Source of the DNA: Cyanophora paradoxa CCMP329
Lineage: Eukaryota; Plantae; Glaucophyta
Direction: 5' to 3'
Assembly: GCA_004431415.1 (NCBI GenBank)
Contig: QPMI01000581.1
Span: 1-64,000, forward strand
DNA: 64,000 bases
The position numbers and the translations under genes were made by a program. The number at the start of each line of letters is the position of its first letter. The stretch's first letter is position 1. Below the pieces are notes generated by a model. That model saw only the letters and a program-made list of their open reading frames with translations, was not told the DNA's origin and did not search any database. Shown piece by piece: positions 11,388 to 22,260 of the stretch.

Positions 11388-12409
11388 TTATGTGACACTC
11401 AAAAGTTCACCTGTGAATGTTGTTCGATTTGTGTAGCTACCCCCATTATTTGTTACAAGTGTTATATACTCACCCATAGCAATGTTAAGAATTACACTAA
11501 TGTAAAGCGGTTTATTCGTAAGAGTTGAGTCATTTTGTGTTATGATACTTTGACCCCCTGGGTCTTGGTCATTTACTTTTAAAGAGAGACTTATTGGACT
11601 ACTTGAAGTTGAATGGGTATATGCTGTAAATCTGTAATGACCTGCAACAGGAGCAGTGAACCTTCCATTACTGACATTGAATGCCCCCCTATTATTCACA
11701 AACACTACTCCCCAATTGATAAGAGCAGTTTCACTGGTAGCAACATGAGGATAATTAAGTTGAACAGAAAATCGAGGCTGATAGTCATATTTTAAATAAC
11801 AATTTGTGTTGATTGTCAAGCGATTGGCTTCCAGAGTAGCCATAATATCACTGTTGCGTTTCAAAACAAGATTCACATTTGCTCCTGTATCGATTTCAGG
11901 TGTGACCACCTTGGAAGTTGCTGTTATTATCGATTGTGTTGTTTCTGGAATACTTATGCCTCCATTGGCTGTTACTGAACCTGTAAATGTGCTTGTTCCT
12001 GTAATGTTTACTTGATTGGCTGTTAGAGTTCCATCAATCCTTGCCCCATCTCCAATATATGCCCTCCACTTCTAACTGAAAGAGCAGCATTATTAATTGT
12101 ATTATCAAAAGTAACTATTTTGGGTGTGGTGAACCCTCCCACATTGTCATAAATTGCTGTATCTGAAACAATTTGACCTGATTGGACTTGGTTCTTGTTA
12201 GATACAATGAGTCCTGTGGTTCTTATTTTTCCCCCATTGCGATCACATCGAATTTCTTTGCATCTAATCACAGAATTTTGTGAAAACGAATCAGCCCCTG
12301 TTGTTTCTGTGCAAATAAACCCAGGTGTTGCATCTGTTACTGTATGGTTCAGTTGATGTATTTTTGGGGCGGCATAACAGAAAACAGGAACTGCTATTTG
12401 TGTGGACAT
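11388..12409 (-). CDS. Fibre paralog 2 with C-terminal C1q/TNF-like domain (one frameshift near 12060)
   Basis: ORFs 12023..12409 and 11388..11909 join by comparison with 41269..42290; GRFTAPVAGHYRF C1q-like motif. Confidence 0.75.
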
Positions 12410-12431
12410 TCTTTATATTATACAGATAATA

Positions 12432-13502
12432 TTATGTAGCAGTAACAAGATAACAAGAAAAATAGTATCTGATATCAAATTGAAGACTGGCTCCAGAAGA
12501 ATTGCGTATATCAAAGGAGTCACCTTCAATAACAGAAAGTAAAATTTCATATGAAATTGGAGTTACAAATGTATTAGAAATCCCTGCGGACGGCATTGAA
12601 ACCCTTGTTTGGATGGTTGTAGGATTTCCATTTAAATAAATGCTGGTAGCAATATGAGTATAAGAGGTTGTGCCAGCTCTCATACATGCAAAGAACACCC
12701 TATATACTCCGGAAACAGGAGCTGTAAATTTTGTGGATGAAAAGTTTCCTTCATTGTTTACAAGATAAGCTCCATTTATAAAGTTAAAGGGTGTTCCAGC
12801 TGTAAGTATTATGGACCCTGTCAAACCAGGAGCTTGTCTTGATATATTCATTCTTGGACAATAGGATCGTTTCAGACCACTATTTTCCGGGATTGTGATT
12901 GCTTTCAGATCTGTTATTGTCTTTTCGAGAGTGAAAATGGTATTTCCGTTTCGTTTATAATTCACATTTGCATCTGTCCCATTATCCATCTCAGGTGCAT
13001 TAACTCTTGTTGTAGCTTTTCGAGTTTCAACGCTAACATTTCCCAAGAGTCCACCATTGAAGGTCATCAATCCTGTAAATGAACTTGTCCCATTCACATT
13101 TAATTGATTCGCTGTTACAGTCCCTGCAACATTTGCCCCATCTCCAATGTATGCTCCTCCACTCTTGACAACAAGAGCCGAATTATTTATTGTGTTATCG
13201 AAAGTTACTATCTTTGCTGTGGTGAATCCACCCACATTATCATACACTGCTGAATCTGGGACTACTTGACCTGCTTGAACTTGATTTTTATTCGAGATAA
13301 TAATTCCTGTGGTTCTTATCTTGCCTCCATTTCGATCACATCGAATTTCTTTGACTCTGAGTATATTATTCTCTGTGAAAGAGGTATTACTTGAAGTTTC
13401 AGTGCAAATATACCCAGGTGTTGAATCAACTACTCCATGAGAGGTGCTATGAAGTGATTTGGCTGCAAGTTCATAGTTTGGGATTTCTAATAGAGAGGTC
13501 AT
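12432..13502 (-). CDS. Fibre paralog 1 with C-terminal C1q/TNF-like domain
   Basis: Likely start MTSLLEIP; KFTAPVSGVYRVFF motif. Confidence 0.75.
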   Translation of the reverse strand: MTSLLEIPNYELAAKSLHSTSHGVVDSTPGYICTETSSNTSFTENNILRVKEIRCDRNGGKIRTTGIIISNKNQVQAGQVVPDSAVYDNVGGFTTAKIVTFDNTINNSALVVKSGGAYIGDGANVAGTVTANQLNVNGTSSFTGLMTFNGGLLGNVSVETRKATTRVNAPEMDNGTDANVNYKRNGNTIFTLEKTITDLKAITIPENSGLKRSYCPRMNISRQAPGLTGSIILTAGTPFNFINGAYLVNNEGNFSSTKFTAPVSGVYRVFFACMRAGTTSYTHIATSIYLNGNPTTIQTRVSMPSAGISNTFVTPISYEILLSVIEGDSFDIRNSSGASLQFDIRYYFSCYLVTAT

Positions 13503-13521
13503 CTTTATAATTACGAAATAG

Positions 13522-16500
13522 TTAAATTGCGACAGCAATGTAATGAATTGTAACTGGAAATCCTGGTCTGTCAAAAGAACTTAATGGAACTATGTCAAGC
13601 TCACAAGTGAAATAGCTACTGTAAACTTGTTTAAGCCTAACATACATTCGATAGTAGTAGGCTGTCTCATTGTGTTGTATACCAGTTGTTACAATAGGAG
13701 GGTTAGCAAAGCTGCTGTTGAAATTAATAGTGAGGTTAAACCTATGGTCAGGATTTGCCCAAAGATAAGGAGTAGTGTAAACATACGTTCCTGCTTGGAT
13801 TTTCCCATTAAAATATGCATTGAGTTGACTGGAAAGATCTGCCTCTGTAATACATCGACTGATGGTCGCATTATTTGAGGGGTTCATAGCATAGAAATTT
13901 CTTGCATAGGCATTTCCACGAACAAGTAAGGTTTTATCAAAGTAATTCTGCGAATTGTGGAAGAACCATGTTTCTTCAAACATAGGTCCTGCTGGTTCTA
14001 CAATCTGACCTGATCCTACATACATTGTGTTGTTGGCTCTGATTGTGGTGGCTGTGAAAGGATCAAGAGTTGGTCTATTGGTCAAATCATTGTAGTTTCC
14101 TGAGAAAATTGCAGGTTTGTTATAGATATCTGTATTCCAATCATGAGTGTGTGCAAAATCTGTAATCTCTGCCTTTGTGTGGGTGTGACCAACATATGCA
14201 ACATTTCCAAGATCTGTAATCTCTGCCTTGGTATGGGTGTGACCCACATATGCAACATTTCCGAGATCTAATATCTCTGATTTAACATGAGTGTGAGCGA
14301 AATTTGTGATATCTGCTCTTGTGTGGAAGTGTGCAAAATCTGTAATTTGTGATTTGGTGTGAGTGTGTGCAAAATCTGTGATTTCTGCCTTTGTGTGGGT
14401 GTGTGATCTATTATTTAGATCAAGGAAACTACCCGAAAATGCAACAGGATGCAGATTTGCAGCAGTAGGTTTATTTATGAGATCATTATAATCTCCTGTG
14501 AAAGAGATGGTCTTTAGTTCACCCCTTCCTACATAATCAGAAGGGAGATCAATCTTAATGGGCATAATAGCTGGATCATCAGGTATCTCATACTCACCTC
14601 CTGGATGAACCACAGGAAAGGTTTGATTGCTTTCAGTATGGACAAAGAAGTTACATGCTGTTACTGTTCCATCAATAGTCCCACCTGTGAGAGGGAGGTA
14701 ATTGCCTGTAACACCAATACCTATACCTGCAATGATTGTATTTAGTTCTGTTTCATCTATGTAGTTCTGAGCTTGAAGGTAATCCTCTGTGACTACTCTC
14801 GAAATGCTCTCATTGTGTATGTTTTTTGCAGCCATTCTTTGATTGGCTTCCAGAACCCCACCATAATCTGTTTTAATCCATGCAAGCTCTGCCCTTCCAT
14901 AATTATCATTTGCAGTTCCCACTATGGGAATGTAGGAATACTTATCTCGACTGAAAACTATCATTGGTCTTGAGCCATCTAAGCTGCTTACATCTGCTAC
15001 ATGAACCTGTATAGCAGAGTTGTAATTTTGGTAGGTTGCTGGGTCTGTTGGGACTCTGAATGTATCTGTGGGAATGTCAGCCTCCATGTAGCTTGACACA
15101 AAGATATTTGGTATGGTTGCTCCTGGTGGTGGTGGGGTTTCAAAAGAGCCTGGTAATGTCCTAATATGAAGTGGTCCTCTCATAGCTGAATTTGCAAGTG
15201 TCCCATTCACATGAACATAGTGTTCATTCAAAAAGATCCTTTCAGGGATATTACAAGTCTGGTAAAGAGAAACCCCCAAGTTATCAAGAGGCTCCACCTT
15301 TGCAAATTCTGGTTGGTCATTGATCTCATCCCAAATATGTTCATGTTTGCTTGGTGGGAACTCAGTTGGAATCCCATCAATTTCACCCCAATCATGCCTG
15401 TGATCCTCTGGTGGATACTTTTGAGGTTTGCCTAAGATCTCATCCCAATCATGATTGTGATCCTCTGGGGGATACTTTGCAGGTTTATTATTAATTTGTT
15501 CATAATCAGGAAAGAACTCCCAGATCTCAGGTCGAAATCCATCTGGTAATAATTCCTCATGGGGTTCATAAGGTTGCTCATAATCAACAACTGGTGGATC
15601 ATGCCCATCTGGCAAATACTCCTCATCAGGTTCATAGTTCTGCTCATACTCAAACTCTTGTGGATCTAAGCCATCTGGTAGTATCTCCTCCTCATTGGGA
15701 TCAAACTGATCATATTCATATTCTTGTGGGTCAAAACCATCTGGTAAATATTCTTCCTCATCTGGAACGAATTGATATTCATCAAGCTCTAATATATCGA
15801 TTTCAGGAGGTAAATACTGCTCATCTATTTGCTTTTTTGGTTCAATTATAGGTTTATTGCGAACTTGCTCCCAACTAACAATGTGCTGCCCAAAGGCTAC
15901 ATCTTCAGTTGCTGTGTATTCTCTTCCAGGTTGCTTCTTTGGTGTTAAATCGGGTGGTCCATTGGGAAATGGAATAGGGAATGGGACAGTAGGTCCATTG
16001 GGACCATAATGCTCAATGATTTCTCTTAGGGTTTTCTCACTTACAAGCTTCTCTCCATTTGCATACACATTGCTGCCATGGATATTTCGCCATTGCCTGG
16101 TTCGAATTCCAAGGTCTTTCACATTGCTATACAAAGGCAAAAGGTGCCTATCCATTTCGACTAAATCAGGGTGTAAATGGATTGCTACTGGCTGACTGGG
16201 GCTACTGTTGATTGTAATTGATGGCTTTTTTTGATGGACATCTTTTGGAGTAAAAAACCCAAAAGGCTCATTCCTCGCAAAGTCATATGTAATATCCTTG
16301 GGGTAGACATCATTTGTGTAGGAGACCTGATTTGTGTTGGCAATGGGACCCACTTGCAATACTTGGGGACCTCAGCTTTTGGAGTGCTGCCCTCATTGTA
16401 AATTCGCAAAGCTGTGTTCTGTTTGCCCTGCTCATCTTGAACATTGAAAATCAATCGACCACTATCGAACCTGGAAGGTATATCTGGGTGAGTGCCACTG

Positions 16501-16781
16501 GTTTTTAGTTTCCTAGGTCTCCTTCTTGTTGCTTTGATCTCTGCCACTTGGTTTGCTTTCACATTACCCAAACTAAAAGCAACACTGACCTCCTCTTTAT
16601 CTGGATCGGTTTGATTCACAGATAAAGCATGCTCCCTTGATTGAGTCTTTGATGAATTATCAGAGCTGTGGTCAATTGAAACTGAACCCTTTACTTTAAT
16701 ATTATCAAAGTTCACATGCTTGGTGCTGCTTGCATTATCCTCTTGAATGGTTTCTAGATTTGGTGGGTAATTGAAGCTCAT
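13522..16781 (-). CDS. Large phage-like tail fibre (~1090 aa; one homopolymer frameshift near 16365)
   Basis: HTHTKAEITD repeats, SGNYNDLTNRP, YLPLTGGT, DLGIRTRQWRNIHG, C-terminal FANPPIVTT (H-lectin-like). Confidence 0.8.
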
Positions 16782-16824
16782 GGCTTTTACTATATGGATT
16801 TATAAAATTCCTGATAAGTAAAAG

Positions 16825-18381
16825 ATGCCTCTCAAGGTCGTTTTAAGTCTTTCTGGCGGGGGTGCAAGGGGCATTATCATAACCAGGCTGCTAAAAGAAA
16901 TCGAAAATCGAACTGGCAGGAGAATAATCGATCTTGTGGATCTTGTGAGTGGAACTTCCACTGGTGGGATCATTGCAATAGGTTTGAATATAAGGCATCC
17001 TGATAGACCAGGTGAACCTAAACTGACAGCAAACGATTTACACAATATTTACCTAACTCAACTGCCCTTGATTTTCGCAAATCCTCGAAATATCATTGAA
17101 AATGCCCTATTTAACACAAAGTATGATGTGGGACCCTTGGAGACTGCAATCAATTCAGTTACTGGGGAATCACTAATACAGGATTCCCTAAAGGACATTG
17201 TGATCACATCCTTTGATACTCAGAATATGAAACCAATATTTATCACAAATGATAACAATTACAGCTTTCTGCCTTGTAAGATTGCTGCTAGGGCTACCTC
17301 TGCTGCTCCTACATATTTCTCTCCTGTAAGCATTGTTGATTTCAATCGGGGAGTATTTGTCTGTCTCATTGATGGTGCCATTTCGGGAAACAATAATCCC
17401 AGTGTGTGTGGTTACAGCCATGCAAAGAAGATTTACAGTGATGATGATGATATTATAGTAATAAGCATCTCTTGTGGAGAGGTGGACCCACATTTAGAGT
17501 CTGATTATGTGGGTTATGCTTATGAGACTGTGAACAGCTGGGGCATTCTCTCATGGATTGCCTCAACAGATGGAAGCCCATTGATTAACATGCTCATGGC
17601 TGCAAGTGAGCTTTCTGCCCTTGATAAGATGGAGGAGTTGTTACCCTACAACTATGATCAGGATTATGGGAGATACTATAGGCTATCAGTCCCACTTCCA
17701 AATCATATAGTAAGCTCCCTGGATGACACTTCTAAAATCCCAGATATGCTTTCTTTCACAGAAACATACATAGCAGCAAACAATGATGTGATCAATAAGC
17801 TTTGCAGCCTTCTAGTAGCAAACTATGAACTAAAGAACCCTACAAAGGCTTACATCTCATCCACTCTCACTACATCACCACCTTTGGATGCTAATTGGTA
17901 TCAGCTTGCAGATGATGCCTTTACTGCCTCATCCTCTGTGACAGGTAAAGAGCCTTTCATGGCTAGACCTTCAGCATTTGGCTGGGAAGCTGGAGCCTAT
18001 GCTCCTGAACAGATATGGGAAACCCCCACTGAATACCTTCAAGTTGCTTTCCCATATACTTTTGAACTCTCTTCTGTGATTGCCTATGGATCAGGGGACA
18101 CCAATGCTTATATTAAGACTTTCAATGTGGCAACATCCACTGATGGGATCAACTGGTCTTTTATTCGATCAGATGGGCAAAACAAAATATATGTCTGTGA
18201 GAACATTAACAATGCTCACAACTCTGGTGATGTGGCTCTATTGAGTGGGTTCCCTCTCAGCATCAAGGATGCTTTTTACATAGGTTATTCTCTGAGAATA
18301 AGATATATTCGCATTTATCCCCTTGTGTATGTGAATGCTCCCACAATGAGAGTTGACTTTACAGGTGCCTTTATTCGATAA
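16825..18381 (+). CDS. Patatin-like phospholipase-discoidin fusion, element A
   Basis: GGGARG / GTSTG / DGA catalytic motifs; C-terminal FTASS...EYLQV...STDGINW...RYIRIYP. Confidence 0.9.
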   Translation: MPLKVVLSLSGGGARGIIITRLLKEIENRTGRRIIDLVDLVSGTSTGGIIAIGLNIRHPDRPGEPKLTANDLHNIYLTQLPLIFANPRNIIENALFNTKYDVGPLETAINSVTGESLIQDSLKDIVITSFDTQNMKPIFITNDNNYSFLPCKIAARATSAAPTYFSPVSIVDFNRGVFVCLIDGAISGNNNPSVCGYSHAKKIYSDDDDIIVISISCGEVDPHLESDYVGYAYETVNSWGILSWIASTDGSPLINMLMAASELSALDKMEELLPYNYDQDYGRYYRLSVPLPNHIVSSLDDTSKIPDMLSFTETYIAANNDVINKLCSLLVANYELKNPTKAYISSTLTTSPPLDANWYQLADDAFTASSSVTGKEPFMARPSAFGWEAGAYAPEQIWETPTEYLQVAFPYTFELSSVIAYGSGDTNAYIKTFNVATSTDGINWSFIRSDGQNKIYVCENINNAHNSGDVALLSGFPLSIKDAFYIGYSLRIRYIRIYPLVYVNAPTMRVDFTGAFIR

Positions 18382-19302
18382 ACTCCAACTGAAAAGAATT
18401 ATCGATTCCATTCATATCAATCAGTTCACCAAAGTAATCTTTAAACTCCACAGTGAGTTCCCTTATCACCAGGTTTCTGTCATTGATTTGAATAAATTCT
18501 GCATGTTCACCACTATGGTAAACATAGCCCCCTATATCTTTACTCAATTGCAATCTAAGGATAGCTCCCTGGTTTTGTGGTTGCGATTTTGGAATTATAT
18601 TGTGTCTGCTGGCAAAGGGGACAGCTCTTTAATATGCATGTACAGATACTGCTCAGCATTCATATCAGACATCTTCCTGCTGTCAAAATAATATTGCAAG
18701 GGCTTAGAGGAGAGTCTGGGTCCTGAGAAGGTGATTCCCCATGCTGGGTGATCAGGTGTAATAGGTTTGCCATCATACTTTAAAAGGTTCTCAGGTCGAT
18801 ATGGAGATCCACCAACAGGAGGAGTGCTATAATACCCATTAGTGTATTCAGTAGAACTTACACCCAAAAGCTTTCCTATTCTCTGGTTGCTTGCAATAAA
18901 ACGAAACTCATGGTTACTGTAAAACTCCACTTTATAGGTTGTTGGGTTGTAGAATATCTTGAACTCAAAAGCTACTGTTTTGCCTGCAATAGTTTGGAAG
19001 CTTGAATAGTTCAGCCCATAATTATAAGGGTGTGTGACCCCAAAATGACCCTGATTGATGTAGCCACTGGGAAGGGGATACACTTGTTGTGTGATCACTT
19101 GGTTATATGAACCATCTTGGTAATTAAACTGAACTGTTAGATGATCAGTTCCCACACTGTTATAGATACTGTTTGGAATCTCTGCATAGAGAACCCTACA
19201 TTCCCTTGGTCTCTCTACTGGAGTTGTGAGGGTGACCCTGTAAGAGTTTTCATTTTGTCCTTGGCTTCTATCCCTGCTATCAATATTAACGAGCCGGTTC
19301 AT
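18371..19302 (-). CDS. Minor capsid (penton-like) protein 2, element A; needs a -1 frame change near 18615
   Basis: NIDSRDR...EIPNSIYN N-terminus; conserved C-terminus in ORF 18371..18553. Confidence 0.72.
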
Positions 19303-19331
19303 TTTAATATATAAATATAGATAAAAGAAGA

Positions 19332-20342
19332 ATGCCTGTGGATTACATCGAGGTTAGCTCATTTAATACAATCTCTGGTGATGGTCCCACATCAAGCTTT
19401 GTGGCTCGACTCCCCAGTAGTTATGAGAATGTGAGGGCTGTGAGACTGGTCTCAGCCGAATTTTATAACAGCATCCCTATGGTGAGTGGTGAAACCAAAG
19501 CAGGAGATGTGACAGTTGACAATGCATTTAGCATTTATTATTCTGAACAAACTCCTGGAGCTGGAAGCTCAGGAATTCCAACAGTTCGCCCAGCTGCTGA
19601 CTATGAACAATGGAAACAATTCATTATAAGTCGAAACACCCCCATCCAAAGCCACCAGCAACTGGTGAATGTAATTAACTCTAAATTCGAAGGCAGAAAT
19701 CCCCAACCATCCATTCGCTGCAAATGGGATGAATCACTGAAACGAATTATATTCCACTCAGCAGTACCATTTTACTTGGCTTTCTCAGTAGCTGTGAACC
19801 CAAGCCAACAAACAATCCAAAAGCTGTTGAGTTCAGCTAGACTGCTGGGTCTTGATCCTGGAAGATATGGTAACTCCCCAATCCAATCACAGGTCTATGA
19901 TGCTCTCACTGATGGAATTTTTACTGGTGGTCGAGTGAATGGCATTATATCTTCTTTTGAGCCTGAAAAGACAAGGGACAGTGTTTTGTTTGTGAGGGTA
20001 AAGGAGCTGGGTGATCTGGTGCAATGTGGGGATGGTCTCCTGACTGGTTACTTCCATAAAATAGTGGTCCCTGATAAAGACTATGGAGAGCATGTAGTTT
20101 ATAATTCAACAGAGGCTCACCCACTTTACAAATATTATAATAAAAAGGTTGGATTATCCACTTTCTCGGTTGATATTGTAAATGCTGTAAATGAACCAAT
20201 TGATTTCGAGGGTCAACCTGTTCATCTGACCTTTGAAATTCGCTATGGTGATGAGCCAGCTGGGGACCCAGTTTATGAATACTTTAAAATGAGAATGTCT
20301 CAGCTTCACCCTTCCTATCCAGTTATTACAAGCTTCGCATAA
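19332..20342 (+). CDS. Minor capsid (penton-like) protein 1, element A
   Basis: As for 1411..2421; directly upstream of MCP. Confidence 0.75.
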   Translation: MPVDYIEVSSFNTISGDGPTSSFVARLPSSYENVRAVRLVSAEFYNSIPMVSGETKAGDVTVDNAFSIYYSEQTPGAGSSGIPTVRPAADYEQWKQFIISRNTPIQSHQQLVNVINSKFEGRNPQPSIRCKWDESLKRIIFHSAVPFYLAFSVAVNPSQQTIQKLLSSARLLGLDPGRYGNSPIQSQVYDALTDGIFTGGRVNGIISSFEPEKTRDSVLFVRVKELGDLVQCGDGLLTGYFHKIVVPDKDYGEHVVYNSTEAHPLYKYYNKKVGLSTFSVDIVNAVNEPIDFEGQPVHLTFEIRYGDEPAGDPVYEYFKMRMSQLHPSYPVITSFA

Positions 20343-20395
20343 ATTAAGGATCATTGGTAGATTTTTTATGTTGCAGTATAATAAAAGAGAATATC

Positions 20396-21500
20396 ATGGA
20401 TATCACTTCCACTCTTCAAAGACTTTCGCTGAAAGAAGCCCTAACAACCCCAGAGGAGGCGAAAGCCTTTTTCCTGGATAACTCCCTTATGCTTGGTCTC
20501 GAATCCAAGTCTAAGCCAGTTCTAGTTGTTGTGAATCCCAGCAATACTTTTGAGAATAATGTTGGAAATCGCATTTCCTTCAAGCTACCTCGCTACAATT
20601 TCTGTGGAAAACTCGAACTTGCTTTCGACCTTCCAGCCATCACTTTTGGTGGTGAAGATCTTGTTCGAAATGGATACACTCGCCCTGTTGGTGCTTTAGT
20701 TCAGCGACTTGAAATTACCTATGGATCTTACACCTACCATATTCCATCTGATTTCCTTGCTCATTTCCCCCTGGTCTATTATTCGGAGGATCAACTAGCT
20801 AAAAAGAAACGCTCAATGGGCATGGTTCATGGTATCCCTGCTCATGGAACCAACCGACTTGGTGGCTCATTCTTTGTTGAAATCCCAGTGCCTTGGCTCA
20901 ATCACTACCTTCCCCTTGGTGCTTTATCTGGTGAAATGGTTGTTACTGTTTGGTTTAAGGATGCTGATAAGGGTTATGTTGAGACTTCCTATGGTGGTCG
21001 CTCTCTTCCTGTTGTTGGTGGGACAGCTGCTGATAAGACAGAAGATGATGGTCTTGGTGATACTGCTAATGCTACACTTGCCCATGTTGGTCAAAATATC
21101 ACAACTTTCAGCCTTGGTGCAACAACCCCTGGTATTACAATTACCTCTCCTCGCCTTTACATGCATGCTGTTAATGTTTCTGATGAGCTTTTCGCTACTG
21201 TAATTGAAAAGGTTAAGACTACTGGCATGGCTATTCCTGCTCTAGACATTGGGTTTGTTGATGCTAGTGCTTTCCCTGCCAAGGGCAATGCCCAACCCAA
21301 TCGAATTAACCTCTCTCAAATATCAGGTCTTGTATATGCTCTGCTTGTTTCAGTTCGTGATAATGCAACTGTTGACAAAGCCAATGGCTCCCACAGTGTT
21401 CTTAAGACCTATGCCAACTCCAAAGAGATAACATTCACAACTGAAATAAATGGACAGCGACTTTTTGCCACTGAGCCAATTTCCCTACTCAAAGGTGCTG
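20396..21500 (+). pseudogene. Major capsid protein of element A, 5' part (interrupted by element B)
   Basis: Ends ...SLLKGA; resumes ELIADAF at 46821. Confidence 0.92.
21495..21500 (+). repeat. Target-site duplication GTGCTG (left copy)
   Basis: Repeated at 46815-46820; removing B plus one copy restores the MCP frame. Confidence 0.97.
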
Positions 21501-22241
21501 ACACATAGAGAAACGCGGCGTTTAAACCCTCGGCGTATCTTAATTGATCTTGTTTATATCTCTCGTATATTTTGTATCAATCAATCGATAATCTGTGTGA
21601 AATCTATCGAATTATTTAAATATTTTGATTTTTGTGTATTTCATTTATAATTTATTGATGTTCTATGGTAAATTTATCTTAATTTCGATTTGTCTTACTT
21701 AAATCAATCGTGAATTTGTATAATTTTCCGAATAATATAACTGGATCTTAATTAGATCTTGCCTCCGGTTTAAACGCCGCGTTTCTCTATGTGTGATTTT
21801 AACGTAATAAACGCGATTAATATGCAAATTTGATATAATCTCGATTGAAGGAACATAAATTTATGATATAATCACGATTGATATAATCACGATTGAAGTA
21901 GTCCACCGCCCATTCTATCGGAAATCGCAAAAATTCACACAGAGTTGCATTATGTCCAATTGAACAATCGATGAAATATCGGTTGAAAATAATTCACTCG
22001 TTACTGCATTATGTCCAATTAAACAATCGATGATATATCGGTTGAAAATAATTCACTCGTTACTGCATTATGTCCAATTGAACAATCGATGAGATTGCAG
22101 CGTATTTTGTTGGAAGAGATGGTTACTGCATTATGTCCAATTAAACAATCGATGATATATCGGTTGAAAATAATTCACTTGTTACTGCATTATGTCCAAT
22201 TAAACAATCGATGAGATATCGGATGAAAATAATTCACTCGT
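21501..22241 (+). repeat. Left TIR of element B: terminal 294-nt hairpin plus 5 tandem 59/63-bp units
   Basis: Reverse complement of 46074-46814. Confidence 0.95.
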
Positions 22242-22260
22242 ATAGTAAAAGCAAAACAGA

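Noticed and set aside
12432-16359. Diversity-generating retroelement acting on fibres
   Set aside because: No reverse transcriptase and no adenine-specific TR/VR pair seen
8085-16781. Bacterial prophage or contamination
   Set aside because: The phage-like genes lie inside TIR-bounded elements with rve integrase, Polinton-type pPolB and DJR capsid; no terminase, portal or Shine-Dalgarno pattern seen
1-21500. Large inverted similarity 1-6871 versus 14878-21500 as a fold-back assembly artefact or giant TIR
   Set aside because: The copies differ by many synonymous substitutions in patatin, penton-like and MCP genes and are explained by A inserting inverted into sister C; the fibre part is near-identical, so local collapse cannot be fully excluded
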